Assembly: GCF_001194135.2 (NCBI RefSeq)
Contig: NC_068981.1
Span: 60,852,829 to 60,893,415, forward strand
DNA: 40,587 bases
Reading direction: 5' to 3'
DNA from: Octopus bimaculoides
Taxonomy: Eukaryota
The position numbers were made by a program, and so were the translations under genes. Under the pieces are notes generated by a model. The model worked only from the letters and a program-made list of their open reading frames with translations, was not told where the DNA came from and did no database searches. Position 1 is the stretch's first letter. The number at the start of each line of letters is the position of its first letter. Shown one piece after another: positions 11,168 through 24,278 of this stretch.

Positions 11168-11978
11168 GCAAACGAAACTACATATTATTTATTATATGCA
11201 AGTATTTACACTATACTCAGTTTTACTCCACAGAACGAAGTATTCACGAATGCTGGATAGAAGAAACTGCTTCCTGCTTTCATACGTTTACGATGTTTAT
11301 GGGTTCAGTAATGAAGGCTTTTGATATCTGATAAACAGATGTAGGAAATTTTAATATCGAATTATTGTTATAGTGGTTTTATGTATGGGTCATGAACCTC
11401 ATTACTTCTATTCAAGTTTTCAATCAATAGATTAATTTAAAATTATTACAGGAAGGTTAAATTTGGAATGATATTTGCTTTAAATGTGAGGTTTTCTTTA
11501 CTATCATAAATAAGAGGTTAGATGTATGGGTTAGAAAACTTTTTCTGTTTCAAATTTCAACAATCATAATATTTTTATGACTTGGTTTCATTTGCAAAAA
11601 TCGACCCTAATACTCTTTTTAAGTGCAAAATCGTTAAGTTGCGGGTGCGTAAACAAACATATACAGATTTCAATTGTTTTTTCATAAAGAGAAATAAGAT
11701 ACACACTCATACTCAATAGCATACATACACACACATACACATACACGTTTGTATGTATATAATGAGAGACAGAGAGGGAGAGAGAGAGGGGTGAGGGAGG
11801 GAGGAAAGTGATAACTAGAAATAGATAAATAGGTATATAAAAATATGTCGGTTAAATAAACAAAATTTCTTTATTACTCAGCAACCAGAATACACCAACC
11901 AAAACTCTCACAATACATATTGAAATATGTTATGTTGAGCAATATGCACGCCAACTCATATATATATATGTATGTATA

Positions 11979-12720
11979 NNNNNNNNNNNNNNNNNNNNNN
12001 NNNNNNNNNNNNNNNNNNNNNNNNNNNNNNNNNNNNNNNNNNNNNNNNNNNNNNNNNNNNNNNNNNNNNNNNNNNNNNNNNNNNNNNNNNNNNNNNNNNN
12101 NNNNNNNNNNNNNNNNNNNNNNNNNNNNNNNNNNNNNNNNNNNNNNNNNNNNNNNNNNNNNNNNNNNNNNNNNNNNNNNNNNNNNNNNNNNNNNNNNNNN
12201 NNNNNNNNNNNNNNNNNNNNNNNNNNNNNNNNNNNNNNNNNNNNNNNNNNNNNNNNNNNNNNNNNNNNNNNNNNNNNNNNNNNNNNNNNNNNNNNNNNNN
12301 NNNNNNNNNNNNNNNNNNNNNNNNNNNNNNNNNNNNNNNNNNNNNNNNNNNNNNNNNNNNNNNNNNNNNNNNNNNNNNNNNNNNNNNNNNNNNNNNNNNN
12401 NNNNNNNNNNNNNNNNNNNNNNNNNNNNNNNNNNNNNNNNNNNNNNNNNNNNNNNNNNNNNNNNNNNNNNNNNNNNNNNNNNNNNNNNNNNNNNNNNNNN
12501 NNNNNNNNNNNNNNNNNNNNNNNNNNNNNNNNNNNNNNNNNNNNNNNNNNNNNNNNNNNNNNNNNNNNNNNNNNNNNNNNNNNNNNNNNNNNNNNNNNNN
12601 NNNNNNNNNNNNNNNNNNNNNNNNNNNNNNNNNNNNNNNNNNNNNNNNNNNNNNNNNNNNNNNNNNNNNNNNNNNNNNNNNNNNNNNNNNNNNNNNNNNN
12701 NNNNNNNNNNNNNNNNNNNN
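11979..12720. other. Assembly gap (N run)
   Basis: N characters. Confidence 1.
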
Positions 12721-15226
12721 ATATATATCCTTTTCTTTTTCTTCATGTGATATATGTGTTACATCTAATTCTTAAAAGTAAAGATGAATTCCCTGTTGAA
12801 ATAAAGAAATATTTCGATTTTAGCTTCTTTTAGATTCGATGTTGTCTTTATGATAAGAATTGCTGCTTCTTGTTCATCCTTGTTTCAATTGCTGCTAGAC
12901 TGACTAGATCCGTGATTAAAGACGTTATAAGTGTGAATATTTGATAGTTTATTCTGATATCTATGTAGGTTAACATTGTGATTCGTTATGATCATAGATT
13001 TGTTGCAGAGCAAGCTTAGAAGTAGAAATATGTCACAGAAAGTTTTCTTTTAAGGTAGTTTTCACTTTTGTGAGCCCACTGCTTAGAAATTTCGTTCTTT
13101 CATTTTAATATATGCCGTATCAAGTAATGGAACAATATGAAGATGTATTACAGTTTACTCAGTAATCATTACAATATTGCCATTTGCCGTCTGAAATATA
13201 TATAACTCACACCCCCTATGTATAATTCACACAATGGGGTCTCATAATTACTGGATATTATTTGTAGTACATTCGAAATTTTAGACTTTATGACAACATA
13301 AGCAACACTGCAAAATTTGATATCGCGTTTTGTGTAAGAGTTGGATATATCAAACTATCATTAACAAAGAGACTAGTGGTGTTGCTGAATAAAGAAACTG
13401 ATTAGATTTCATTATATAATAATCAGATTCAATAGATACCTGCTAAATACATCTGCTACTCGGACAATATCATCCAATCTTAGAATTAAGCTATTCTCTG
13501 TGCTTTATTTAATTTATATACACGAATTTGCATGGATAGTTACAGAAATTTAACGTTTTCCAGCTAGGCTATCGATTTTTCTTTAACTTCCACAATATGT
13601 TAATTTTGAAATTAATTATAGTTAAATTGCTGAAATTCTGTAGATTTTCAAATTCTTAGTGGGCATTATAATTATTTGGTATTGCTATGTCGGTCACTGA
13701 TCTTCTTTCACTTGCATTTTTGCAGTAAATAGTAAGGCAGTACTAAATGCTAATTGATGGATTGTGTGTATACGAAATTTCCATAGTTTCTTTGCAGGAT
13801 AGATTTCTAGGAAACTTTTCTCAAAGGACTTGTACCTGAGTGGTGGCTTGTTAATGCTTGACTATTTTCCTATATATTGTAGGAATTAGTGTTACAAATC
13901 CTGCTATAATAAGGTGTAATTGTACGAATAGAATATCACAGGCAGAACATTTTAAACAATATTATAGGAATAGCATGGTTATATTGTATCTCATTTATGT
14001 TTGTTATGGCGGGACATAATATTAATATCATTACTGACTGTGGCGTTTAGGAATAATGCATACAGCATTGGTAAAAATGCATTATGTTATTATTTTCGTT
14101 TAATTTTACATTTCAAATCCCGTCGAAGGCAATTTCAGGTTTCTGGGTTTATTACGATAACTAGGAGACAGATTGCAAATTTTATGTAATCGACAAACTT
14201 TGTGTGAGGTTTCTCTTATAAGGCAATATTGATTGGTTACATTTTGCAAAGAATAGTTTAATATTTGCATGAAAACACATGAGTTCGATTAGGACAGGTC
14301 AATGACAATATATGACCTTCTTTAGACACTTATTATGAGGGATGTATCAACGAGAATCATTGCATATAGATAGAATCCTGAACATACGTCAGCTCTTAAT
14401 CCAGGTTTACCATTCGCTGAACAACTGTAGAAAATAACTTTAGCTAAAGAATTTTGATGACATGATCTGGGATAGTGAATTTGGTATCGGTCGTGTGTTT
14501 TAATTGAGCGGCAGTATGTTGTGTCCGTAACTAGGGTAGTTTAGTTTTACTAGTTAAGACTTATCAAGATTTGATATATTTACATTTCATTGCAAATCTA
14601 AAGATATATATATACATCAAAGAAAGCAACGAGAAAGTAATATCTTTTTTATTCTTGTCTGTATTCAATTTACTGAAACATAGTTTTCATTGATTTCCCA
14701 ATGTCACAAAATCTAAAGGCTGTGATCTAAAAGAGGCTTTTTAAATGTTGGTAAACATGAAGAGGTAGGAAGAAAGGAAAACCTATTAAACAAAACAGTG
14801 ATTAAATCAAATAAATATGATAGCAAATGCCTTCTAACTTGCACTTTCGTAACAATTCAGACATCTTTTATATTAAACGAAACAATAACTAGAATAAAGT
14901 CTATGATCATAAAACAACATAATATATTCAATTCTATATTATTTCTACATTTTTACAATGCTTTTCAGACATACGTTTGTATTATTCACCGTCTACTCAT
15001 CACTGAAATGCTATATAGCTATATATACTGACATTCACATTTCAGAAGCCATTTTTTCATAAAATCTGTTTTATAGTCATATCAAATGCATATATGCATA
15101 ATAAGTGTTTTGGCAGTCATATGTAAAACAATATGCTAAATGGTTCACATATTTATGTAGACGTACAGATAGAATATACACATGTATATATACATATAAA
15201 TATATCTATGCATACATACATAAATG

Positions 15227-15229
15227 CAC

Positions 15230-15277
<48 letters not shown>
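15227..15277. repeat. (CA)n microsatellite
   Basis: Direct reading. Confidence 0.95.
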
Positions 15278-15280
<3 letters not shown>

Positions 15281-15450
15281 TACTTCTTGCATTTAACAGA
15301 TAATGCTTTGCATTTGTAGAATTATTTCGAAGTATTTATTCTTTAATTTAATACCCAGGCCGAATATATTACCTAATCAGTAGAGACTAAATAGAAGTGA
15401 AGCACATAGTGAAAGGATAAAAGTAAATAGCAGGTCGCCTGGTACGTGTA

Positions 15451-17521
15451 TTTTTTTTTTAAAGCGTTCGCTCGTTACAAGGGCCTTAGACCACTGAAAA
15501 CGTAAAATCTACTAGAATAAAATAGAAGCTAGAGAGAAGTCAATAGGTGACGGTGTACAATAAAATTAAAAGACTGAAGGTCATAATTGAAGAGAAAAAC
15601 AAAACAGTGAAAGCGAATTCCAAACTTCAGAGTGCGAGGTAATAAATTGGTACTGTAAAGTGATTTACGACACCTAGGAGGTTGCACAGTATACTGATGA
15701 GAACTGGATGCAAGTATAGTTGACCACTGATAAGTTCTTAAGGGAGGAACCAGAGAAATGAGTTCAGCTGAACAATGTCCATGGAAATACATATAGAAAA
15801 GAGACAAGGAAGCCTCAGGACGATGATGAGAGAGTTAATCCAATTTAGATGATAAATGAGGATCAATAGCATTACAAATAGTTCCAACAGAGTTAAACAA
15901 CCCGCAGGAACTCCTGCCCATACGTGAGAGCAGTACTCAATACAGGGGTGAATTATGAAGATAAAGTTATAAAGATAAAGAATAGTCTTTAGAGTGAGAT
16001 AACTCCTTGGACGAAGGAGTGAGCCTACCTTCATTGCAATCGATTCAATGTAAGTCCTCGCTGCCGAATTATCTCACTGAAGCTGGTGGAAAAAATGATT
16101 ACGATGGGCGATAGCAGTAGTACAAGCAGGAGAAAACCAGGTTGAGGAATTCAGTTTCAGCTGATATTTACAAGATGGTATGAAGGTGTTAATACCAGTG
16201 GAAATCCAGCACAGGCCTCAGGAGGATTAGCAAAAATATCGGTCCAAGGAACGTCACGAAGCAAGTCATGAAAATTTTCCCAGTCATCACGATCATAGCT
16301 GTATGATGAATTGAGGATTCTTTGGCAGTAGAACAATTCAGTGAAGCGTCAACTGAAACAACAATGTGATCAGATCCTCCGAGTGGAGAATCATGACAAA
16401 CCTTACAGATATCAGGATTTGATGCCAAAAAGAGATCAAAGAGGGAGTAAAATGAAGAACGATAGAGAAAGAACAATTTGCTAGTTGAGTGCAGAAGAGA
16501 AAGTCGAAAACACATGAAAGACTGCGAGGATCCTCAAGATCTTACTCACGAACGATGGAAAGATTTACACGAGCAAAGACGCCCAAGCCATACATATGAT
16601 TGCGAGAGTCCTTCCGGTAGAGAGGAAGGTATCAGGGAACAAAAAATCATCTGAAAGAACTGGATTAAGATTGTCTCGCTGAATGCAAGGATGTCAGGAG
16701 AGTTCAGAGCAAGAAAAGACTCAACATCCGTAAGATTAAAACGAAGATCACATTTATTGGAGAATGCAATAGTAAAACGAGTAGGTGATTTAGCTGAATC
16801 TGGTTTGCAATTTTGTTTACTAGAGAACGCTATGATTAAATTGGTTAAAACAAAAGAAAAAATGGCCAGCCAGGGATGATTTCCACCTTTAGCACTATAA
16901 TATTACAGCAGAAGAAGTAAGAGTGGCCTTAGGAAAGCCCATCTGATGCAGCTGGAGGGCCATCCATCCATGTGCGACATAACACTACAGATACATCGAT
17001 ATTATACAACTGCTGATAGAGCAGCCTCTCCGTGTGCTGCCAGAGAGCTCGCACTCTTAGCTACCAGTCGGCAGTAACAACCATAAAACTACACAATCCA
17101 GTATCCTCACCTAGATCAACAACAAGAACAATGAAACATGAAGACCATACAAACTAGATAATAGACTTCATCAGAGGCTAAGACCGGCGTTCAAAGCCCT
17201 AGCCAGAAAACAAGGCTGATAAATCAGCCTCTTTTCAAGTGAGTAAGCTAGGCAGGATTACGAAGGCGAACTCCTAAGGTATTTTTATCGAGATACCATC
17301 TCTAGGAAGGTTGCTAACTAAAGCTAAAGTGTACCATCCTACCCTAACACAGTGCTGAATGGCTGTTGACTACGACATTAGTTCCTCCGCCCTTGGACAG
17401 GTCTTAATTTTTGTCAGGCGGGGGTGTCCAACAATAACCCTCCTCACCAAGCAACGATCGGTGGGGTTGCCAGTTTAGCCGCCGATGACCTGACCATGCA
17501 ACAGGTTGTATTGGATTACAG
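15451..17521 (-). mobile_element. Internally deleted APE-type LINE (CR1-group, tentative) with 5' UTR, endonuclease, post-RT C-terminus and poly(A), but no RT core
   Basis: Minus strand gives DVESFLALNSPDILA, SPLGGSDH (APE), LRDVPW and WFSPAC (linker), then directly KVGSLLRPRSYLT, EYCSHVWAG and YFHGHCSAELISLVPP (C-terminus). A10 tail at 15451-15460. The GC-richer leader ends at about 17521. Confidence 0.85.
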
Positions 17522-18959
17522 TTTAATGATTTTCTCAAAGTAAAAGTAGTTAATACTAATGTAAGGGCAGAGTTGATTAATATGTATTTACGTCAGTTAC
17601 TGCTTCATTGCTGGAATTAATATCACCCACCAGTGCGAGGAAAGATGAAGATGAGTAAGAAGTAGATACTTAGATAGAAAGATAGATAGAGAGAAAGAAA
17701 GCAGGTGAGAGAGAAAGATAGAGTGACATAGTGTAAGGGAGAGAAAGGGAAAGAAAAGAAAAGAGATAGCAAAATCAGCAATTATATTGTCTCTTTTATG
17801 ATAATTGTACTGGAAGAAAACGAGTCGGACTAAGAAAACTATAAACAATAAAATGTCACTCAGTGAATAGATTCGGAAATGGACGTGTGGACAGGCATGT
17901 AATTGTTTGTACTAACGTGTGTATATATATACGATCGGTACAAAGCGAAGTGCGTCTGCATGTCTGTTTATCTGTTTAATAAGATATTTGTATTGTTGTG
18001 TATGTGGAAATCAGATGCCATTAAATTACAGATGCAACGTGACAATATATACGCAAACGTTTTCTCAAAAACATAGTAATTTCATGAATCAACAGTTTAT
18101 CGATATTTGACTGATACTTAAAGAAAACGGTAAGTAATGCATCACACGTTCTCTCTTCGATTCGAATCTGCAGAATACAAGATAGTTTTCATCTCTTCGT
18201 GTGGATGTACTTTTACATCTGAAAATAAATACAATTATCGTGTTATACATTTAACATTGTACACTCTTCTCTCTTAGCTTAACAAGCAAACATTACCAGC
18301 ACAACGTTGGTGTCAATAAATCTGAATATAGTTCTCAAGGTGTCTTTAACATTCATATGCTTGGTTTCAGCACGTGAATACAACATGAGCGAACGACGGT
18401 AAATATAGAAGCCAAAAGAAAAGAAAGCGAGTAACCATGTGTATTTTGTCATTAAACTCGTCGATAACTTAGTAGGATAATCTTCTGTCATGTGAATAAG
18501 AGAGGCAACGCCATCTGAGGGAAATTCGACTACTTCTTCTATGAGCCTAAACAGTATTGTAAAAACTCATACTTACTTCTTTGTAGATGGAAATTTCACT
18601 GCGTGGTGATGAAGTTTGCTTCTCATTCCTTTGCTTTTGCGTTCAATCTACTGCATCACCCAGTAATCTGGCAGTAATCTCAAGAAATTGCCAGCGCTTT
18701 TGATGATAAATCCGCTTGGTCATGTGAATTGGTCATGTAAACAGCTGACTTTTCTACAAATTCGTGTACCTTTAACTCAAATATCCTGCCAAACCAATGT
18801 GATTCAGTATCACAAGGCTAGACATCTGAATTATAAACGAAAAAGGGGAAAGAGAAAGATAGATATATAGATACATACATACATACATACATATATAAAG
18901 ATAAAAAGAGAGAAAGAGAGAGAGAAAAGTGGGAGAGAGAAAAGTATATACGAGGTGAA

Positions 18960-19035
18960 TAGACATCCGTACTGATACTTTATTTATCCAGCCCGAAAGA
19001 ATAAACAGAAAGGTGGACCACGGTGGCATTTGAAA
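18960..19035 (-). mobile_element. Old SINE family A fragment
   Basis: ACTGATACTTTATTTATCCAGCCCGAAAG...GACCACGGTGGCATTTGAA resembles the body of 8600-8805. Confidence 0.45.
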
Positions 19036-22000
19036 TAAGATACAGAGAATCACCATGAAAACCACATGGTATTCTGTCCGACGCTGAGAGGAGCGTTTCA
19101 ATTGGTCACTTTTGCAATGATCTTTTGCCACAGACTCGAGTATAAACGCACCAATTAAGATCGCAAGGTTTGAGTCAGACCCAATGTTTATGATTTAATT
19201 GGTTCACGGAAACTATGCGGTTGCAAATGTTAGAAAATATCTATAAATGTCGGTTTATGAAGTGTATTATTTTCCATATATCTAATGAATACAAATCCAA
19301 ATGCATGTATGCCCACATACAGGCAAATACTAGCTCTGATACACATACACAAACGCTTGCATATGTCTAATATTTATATCTATCGATATTCATATTTTGA
19401 TAGCTTCCCGCATGTAAAAAACTGCAATATATTACTATGGTAATCTAGGTAAGATTTAACTGAAGCGGAAGTAATTATTCTATATGTCAAAAGATTGCTT
19501 GTGCATTAAATCCTGACCTTTCATTTTGTTTTCTCGTTTGTACTATGATTACATTATTTTGAGCATTATTCCCGTTGCCGAAGAAATGTTATTTGCGCAA
19601 CGGAACTGTGGAAATATATACAAACATAAAATCAAATACAAAGAAAAGTAGTACAATCTAAAGAAACTAGAGAAAAATACATTAAGAATAACAGCTAGAA
19701 GCAAGGTTGGGTGGTTGCAGTTTTTCGCTTTTGAAACATCATTGCACGTTAGTTTTTAAAGCGCAACTCTTTGGGTAAACGTCGTCTGCATTAGGCTAGG
19801 GAAAATCATAAATTATCTTATGCGTATAGCTAGAATTAATAGAAGGAACTCATACATGAAGAGCATTTATTTCATTTCAAAATAATGCTCGCTCATGATT
19901 CTGAAGAAAAGAACTTAGTGGTGGACTAATTCTCTGAGGAGAAAATATGATAGAAAATAAATAAAATGTATACAGTGAAAAATCGTAGAAAAGAAGTTAT
20001 ACAGTGGGTAGAACGTATACTTGTGAAATGAGGCCTGACGGATTCATAAAAGAAGGGAAAAGCGAATGGCAGAACATCATGAAATACGTAGACGACAAGG
20101 AAGTGGAATGGCGAGAATATTTAGCATAATAAATTTCACTTCTTTTTTTTTCATTTTCTTATATAATTTTAGCCCAATAGATCTTTTCCAATTAGCTCTT
20201 CGACGATAAAAATAATTTGATACCATTTGTGAGAAATTTCCTTCTCTAGCATATACTATAATCGACTTTTTTACTAATTTACTCCCGTATAATATTTCCA
20301 AGTTTCATGTAGCATGGCTAGATGTCCATTATAGACTTATGTTAGTATCTATCAACCAAATTTAATATAATTTTCAAATTTATTCGAATCTACCCAGTTT
20401 GTTCTACATATATCAAGTTACATCTCGTTTGCCAAATAATATTTATTCTAATAGTAGTGAATTCGACAATTCTAATAATAATCTTTATTCCCATCCGTCA
20501 AAACTTGTTTAATTTTGTTGCTCATCAGAACTAGACGTTTCATCTCTCACTGACATTTTACCGTATTTACCATAATCAATTCCATTATATCAACTGCTTA
20601 TATCTGTATTTACAAATTATTTTCATTGATTAACGTCTCCTGTTTCTAACTAGTCGCTCCATATATCTCCATACTGTCTTTCATTTTGTACTTTAACCAT
20701 ACTGCACATGCATTGTATGTACTATAATATATGCATCCATTGACAGGGTTCAACAATATCTCAGTAGTCATTCCCTGTATCTGAATTATCTGAGTGAACT
20801 AGATTCAAGCTTCTATTAACAACCACTCTCATTCTTTTAGATATATAGTGTTGTATCTACTTTGTTATATATTTCAGTTTATCCACTAATAGCTTTTATA
20901 TTTCTGTGTATTCATTAACATCTTGTTATATATTTCTCCATTCATTCTGACAGCTGATGCTTTTGTTTTCTGTAATTTTCAACTTTTCTCATTACTGAAT
21001 GACTTTTTGTTTTTTGCATTTTTAGCATGCTTATTTCCTTTTTCAACTACATATTGCCTACAGAAGCTTTAACCATTCAAAAATTTACTTCTTTCCCGTT
21101 CCTTTGTATTATTTATTTTTCAGAGTCCAATACACTCCTTACTTTCTTTCATTTATCCTCTCAGTTCTTAATTAGTACTTTCTTTTTTAACATTCACTCC
21201 ATTGAATATGACCTTTCGTTGGGCTCGCAAATCAGCATCGGAGAGTGAAGTCAATACCTATCAAATTGCTTAAGGTGTGATTCAGCTTGTACCTTTTGGA
21301 AGCCGGAACTGGAACGAGGTTACAAATGAGTAACCTGTCTAATTTAGAAATAAGATGAAAGGAAATACCCTCACAGATGTTGGTCAACTATTCCCAATTT
21401 GTATATCGTCCTTACGTGTTATAGATTACAGCCTAACCTGAGTGTCTTACTCTTGTCTCTTTTCGGTCAAAACTTCGAGAACGTGGTCTCTCTAGCTCCT
21501 TGAGGAATGGACTTAATTCATTTACTGAGCTACTCAAAGTCCATCGAAAAGCAGGACTGATTGCCTGCATTTTCGAGGATTGTCGTCACCTTGAAATATT
21601 CGTTGTGAAGAATGAAAACATACTGGAGTAAACAGTAGCCATAAGCACGAATGAACAATCTAGTCTATTCCGTAGAAATTGCGGTACAGACTCTGTAGAG
21701 TGCTTACAGAAATTCGTGACCTCTGAATAGTCGTAACTAAATACGATGCATTCACTGCCAATTCGAGTTAAATTCTAATAGCACAGAACTGCGATCACAC
21801 AAGTAATATTAAAAGGCGTGCAGAGCAGCGAAACCATTCAATGGCCTCTCCTACACCGTCATAGCGTTATTAAATACCAAGTTTATCGCCCATTTGTTAT
21901 CAATTGTAGGATGGATATATCTTCCGGCACTGAAAATCGCCTGTTATTGGTCTTGTACTTTATGGGTCTTCGGATTTAGTAGAAGGAGGTTTTGAAGTAA

Positions 22001-22152
22001 ACGAGATCGAAAAGGCTTAAGACAGTCTTTGTTATAAGTGCATGTTCACACATATAAGCACATATTCTATATGCATCATACTGGACTGGCTAAAAGCACA
22101 TTCAATGTTCATGCATTATATATATTTTTGGCATATATATGACAAGTAGCGT

Positions 22153-22368
22153 AAGGCGGCACCTTGGCAGAAATGTTAGCACACCAGGCAAAACTGCTGA
22201 ATGCCATTCAATCCGTCTTTGCGTTTCGAGTACAAATTCCACCAAAGTCGACTTTGACTTCCATCCTTTTTGGGGTCGATAAAATAAATACATGTTGAGC
22301 AATGGGGTTGATGTAATCGACTTGTCTTCTCCGATGGAATTACTGACCTTGCGCCAAAAATTGAAATC
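22153..22368 (+). mobile_element. tRNA-derived SINE, family A
   Basis: AAGGCGGCACCTTGGCAGAAATGTTAGC head, GAGTACAAATTCC degenerate B-box and GGGGTCGATAAAATAA body. It is the reverse-complement homolog of 8600-8805. Confidence 0.85.
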
Positions 22369-22619
22369 AATACATTACTAAAAGCAATCATGCTAATTAA
22401 GTAGTGAATTATTTCATCATACACATGCTTCTTGTACGCATATATACTTCTCCATATTAAAAATAAAGTGAAGTAAAGCATAAGTGAGTAGGTTGTTTAT
22501 GCGACGCGAGATTTTGATACTTTATGCTATGCTTTCATAAAATAAGATAGTAAGAAGAAATATGCAGTGGGTTTTAAGTTTCCATATATCTTATTGCATG
22601 TATGTTTACACATTTGCAT

Positions 22620-22698
22620 CATATACGCAGACACACGTACATACACACACCCACATACAGACACATGCACACGTACACGTGTTTGCATATGTATGCGC

Positions 22699-22736
<38 letters not shown>

Positions 22737-23275
22737 NNNNNNNNNNNNNNNNNNNNNNNNNNNNNNNNNNNNNNNNNNNNNNNNNNNNNNNNNNNNNNNN
22801 NNNNNNNNNNNNNNNNNNNNNNNNNNNNNNNNNNNNACATGTGTATATAGACACACATACATATATATATATATGTGTGTGTGTGTACATATGTATATAT
22901 GTATACACGCACATATGTACATAATATATATATATATATATTTATATACGCATGGACGTTTATGTGTGTACGGTACGTGTTGTTTATGTGTTTACGTTTA
23001 CAATTTATTTCCTCAGTTCAAAGAATTGATGCTTTCATCAAACCAATTTTATCTTCTTATATCAATATACACATATACAGTCCCAGTCGCAAACCTTCCT
23101 ATACACTTGCATAGAGACACACACAGACACACAAACAACCCCACCTCACACACACATGCATACACACAGACATATAAACACTCATCCGTGCTCCATCCAT
23201 TCATACATACGTATACGCACAAATATGAATAGACATCCATACATTAATACATACATTCATACATACCTACATACC
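22620..23275. repeat. Compound (CA)/(TA)/(TG) microsatellite tract spanning the gap at 22737-22836
   Basis: Direct reading; N run at 22737-22836. Confidence 0.9.
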
Positions 23276-23887
23276 TGTATACATATTCACAAACATTAGG
23301 AATAAATTACCAGGTAAGATATAGTAACCAATATCTTGCTATCATCAAAATTTAGTTTTTCTTCTCTTTCTCTCTTTCCTTCTGTATCTTTCTGTTGTTC
23401 GGCTTCGTTCTTTCCCGCCCCACCACACACTGGGTCGTTTTAAATTCACGTATATCTCTCAATAAGATTAATACACGAGTATAATATATAATTTAACTCC
23501 TCTCACAGAAGGAAACGGATACTATTTCCATCTAGACTGATCTAAAGTAAATTTGTAGAATTGTGTACTTGAACAAAACAAAAATAAAGCAATATTCCAT
23601 GTTCAAACAATAATTTGATACGTTGATATCAAAGAATGTTGCTGAAATAACATGAGCATATAGAAAATCCACTCATTTTGCACATAAACGCAACGTTATT
23701 TAGTGTTTAACCATATATACCATAAATGACCAATGCTATTTTTGAAAGTTTACATTGTATGTTTCGCAACTCTTAGCAGATTTATGATGCTAGACATTTG
23801 AGCTTTTTACTTTATGACAAGGGAACTGTAAAACGAGTTGAATGTGAAGACTGAATATCCTGACCTTCATTCACTCATCTATTTGTT

Positions 23888-24083
23888 TTTTCAGCCATTT
23901 GACTGCAGCCAAGCTGGGGCAGTGTTTTGAAGGTGTTTTTAGTCGAAATCATCGACTATAGGACTTACCTATTTGTTTAGAGACTGTTACTTATTCTATC
24001 AGTTTTCGTTTGCCGAACCGCTAGGTTGTGCAGGCGGAAACACACTAACATTGGTTGTCAAGTAGTGGTAACTGACAAACAAA

Positions 24084-24120
<37 letters not shown>

Positions 24121-24278
24121 TGCTATTTTCAGTTTGTCTACGAAATCTACTAACAAGGCTTTGGTCGGCCTTAGACTATAGCAGAAGACACTTGTACAAA
24201 GTGACATGCAGTGGGATTGTACCCAGAACAATGTGGTTGGGAAGCAAGCTTTTTACCACATAACCACGCCTACACCTG
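23888..24278 (-). mobile_element. tRNA-derived SINE, family B, with an internal (CA)n tract
   Basis: Minus-strand head AGGTGTAGGCGTGGTTATGTGGTAAAAAGCTTGCTTCCCAACC. Shares TTTGCCGAACCGCTA, GGTTGTCAAG and GGCTTTGGTCGGCC with 35110-35478. Confidence 0.85.

Noticed and set aside
19840-20130. Possible decayed coding sequence (EVIQWVERIL, EMRPDGFIKEGKSEWQNIMKY)
   Set aside because: Frameshifted and not assignable to any family by eye; needs BLASTX.
20521-20545. Minus-strand GAAACGTC followed by CTGATGAG (hammerhead boxes)
   Set aside because: Only 5 nt separate the boxes, so helix I cannot form, and I found no helix II partner.
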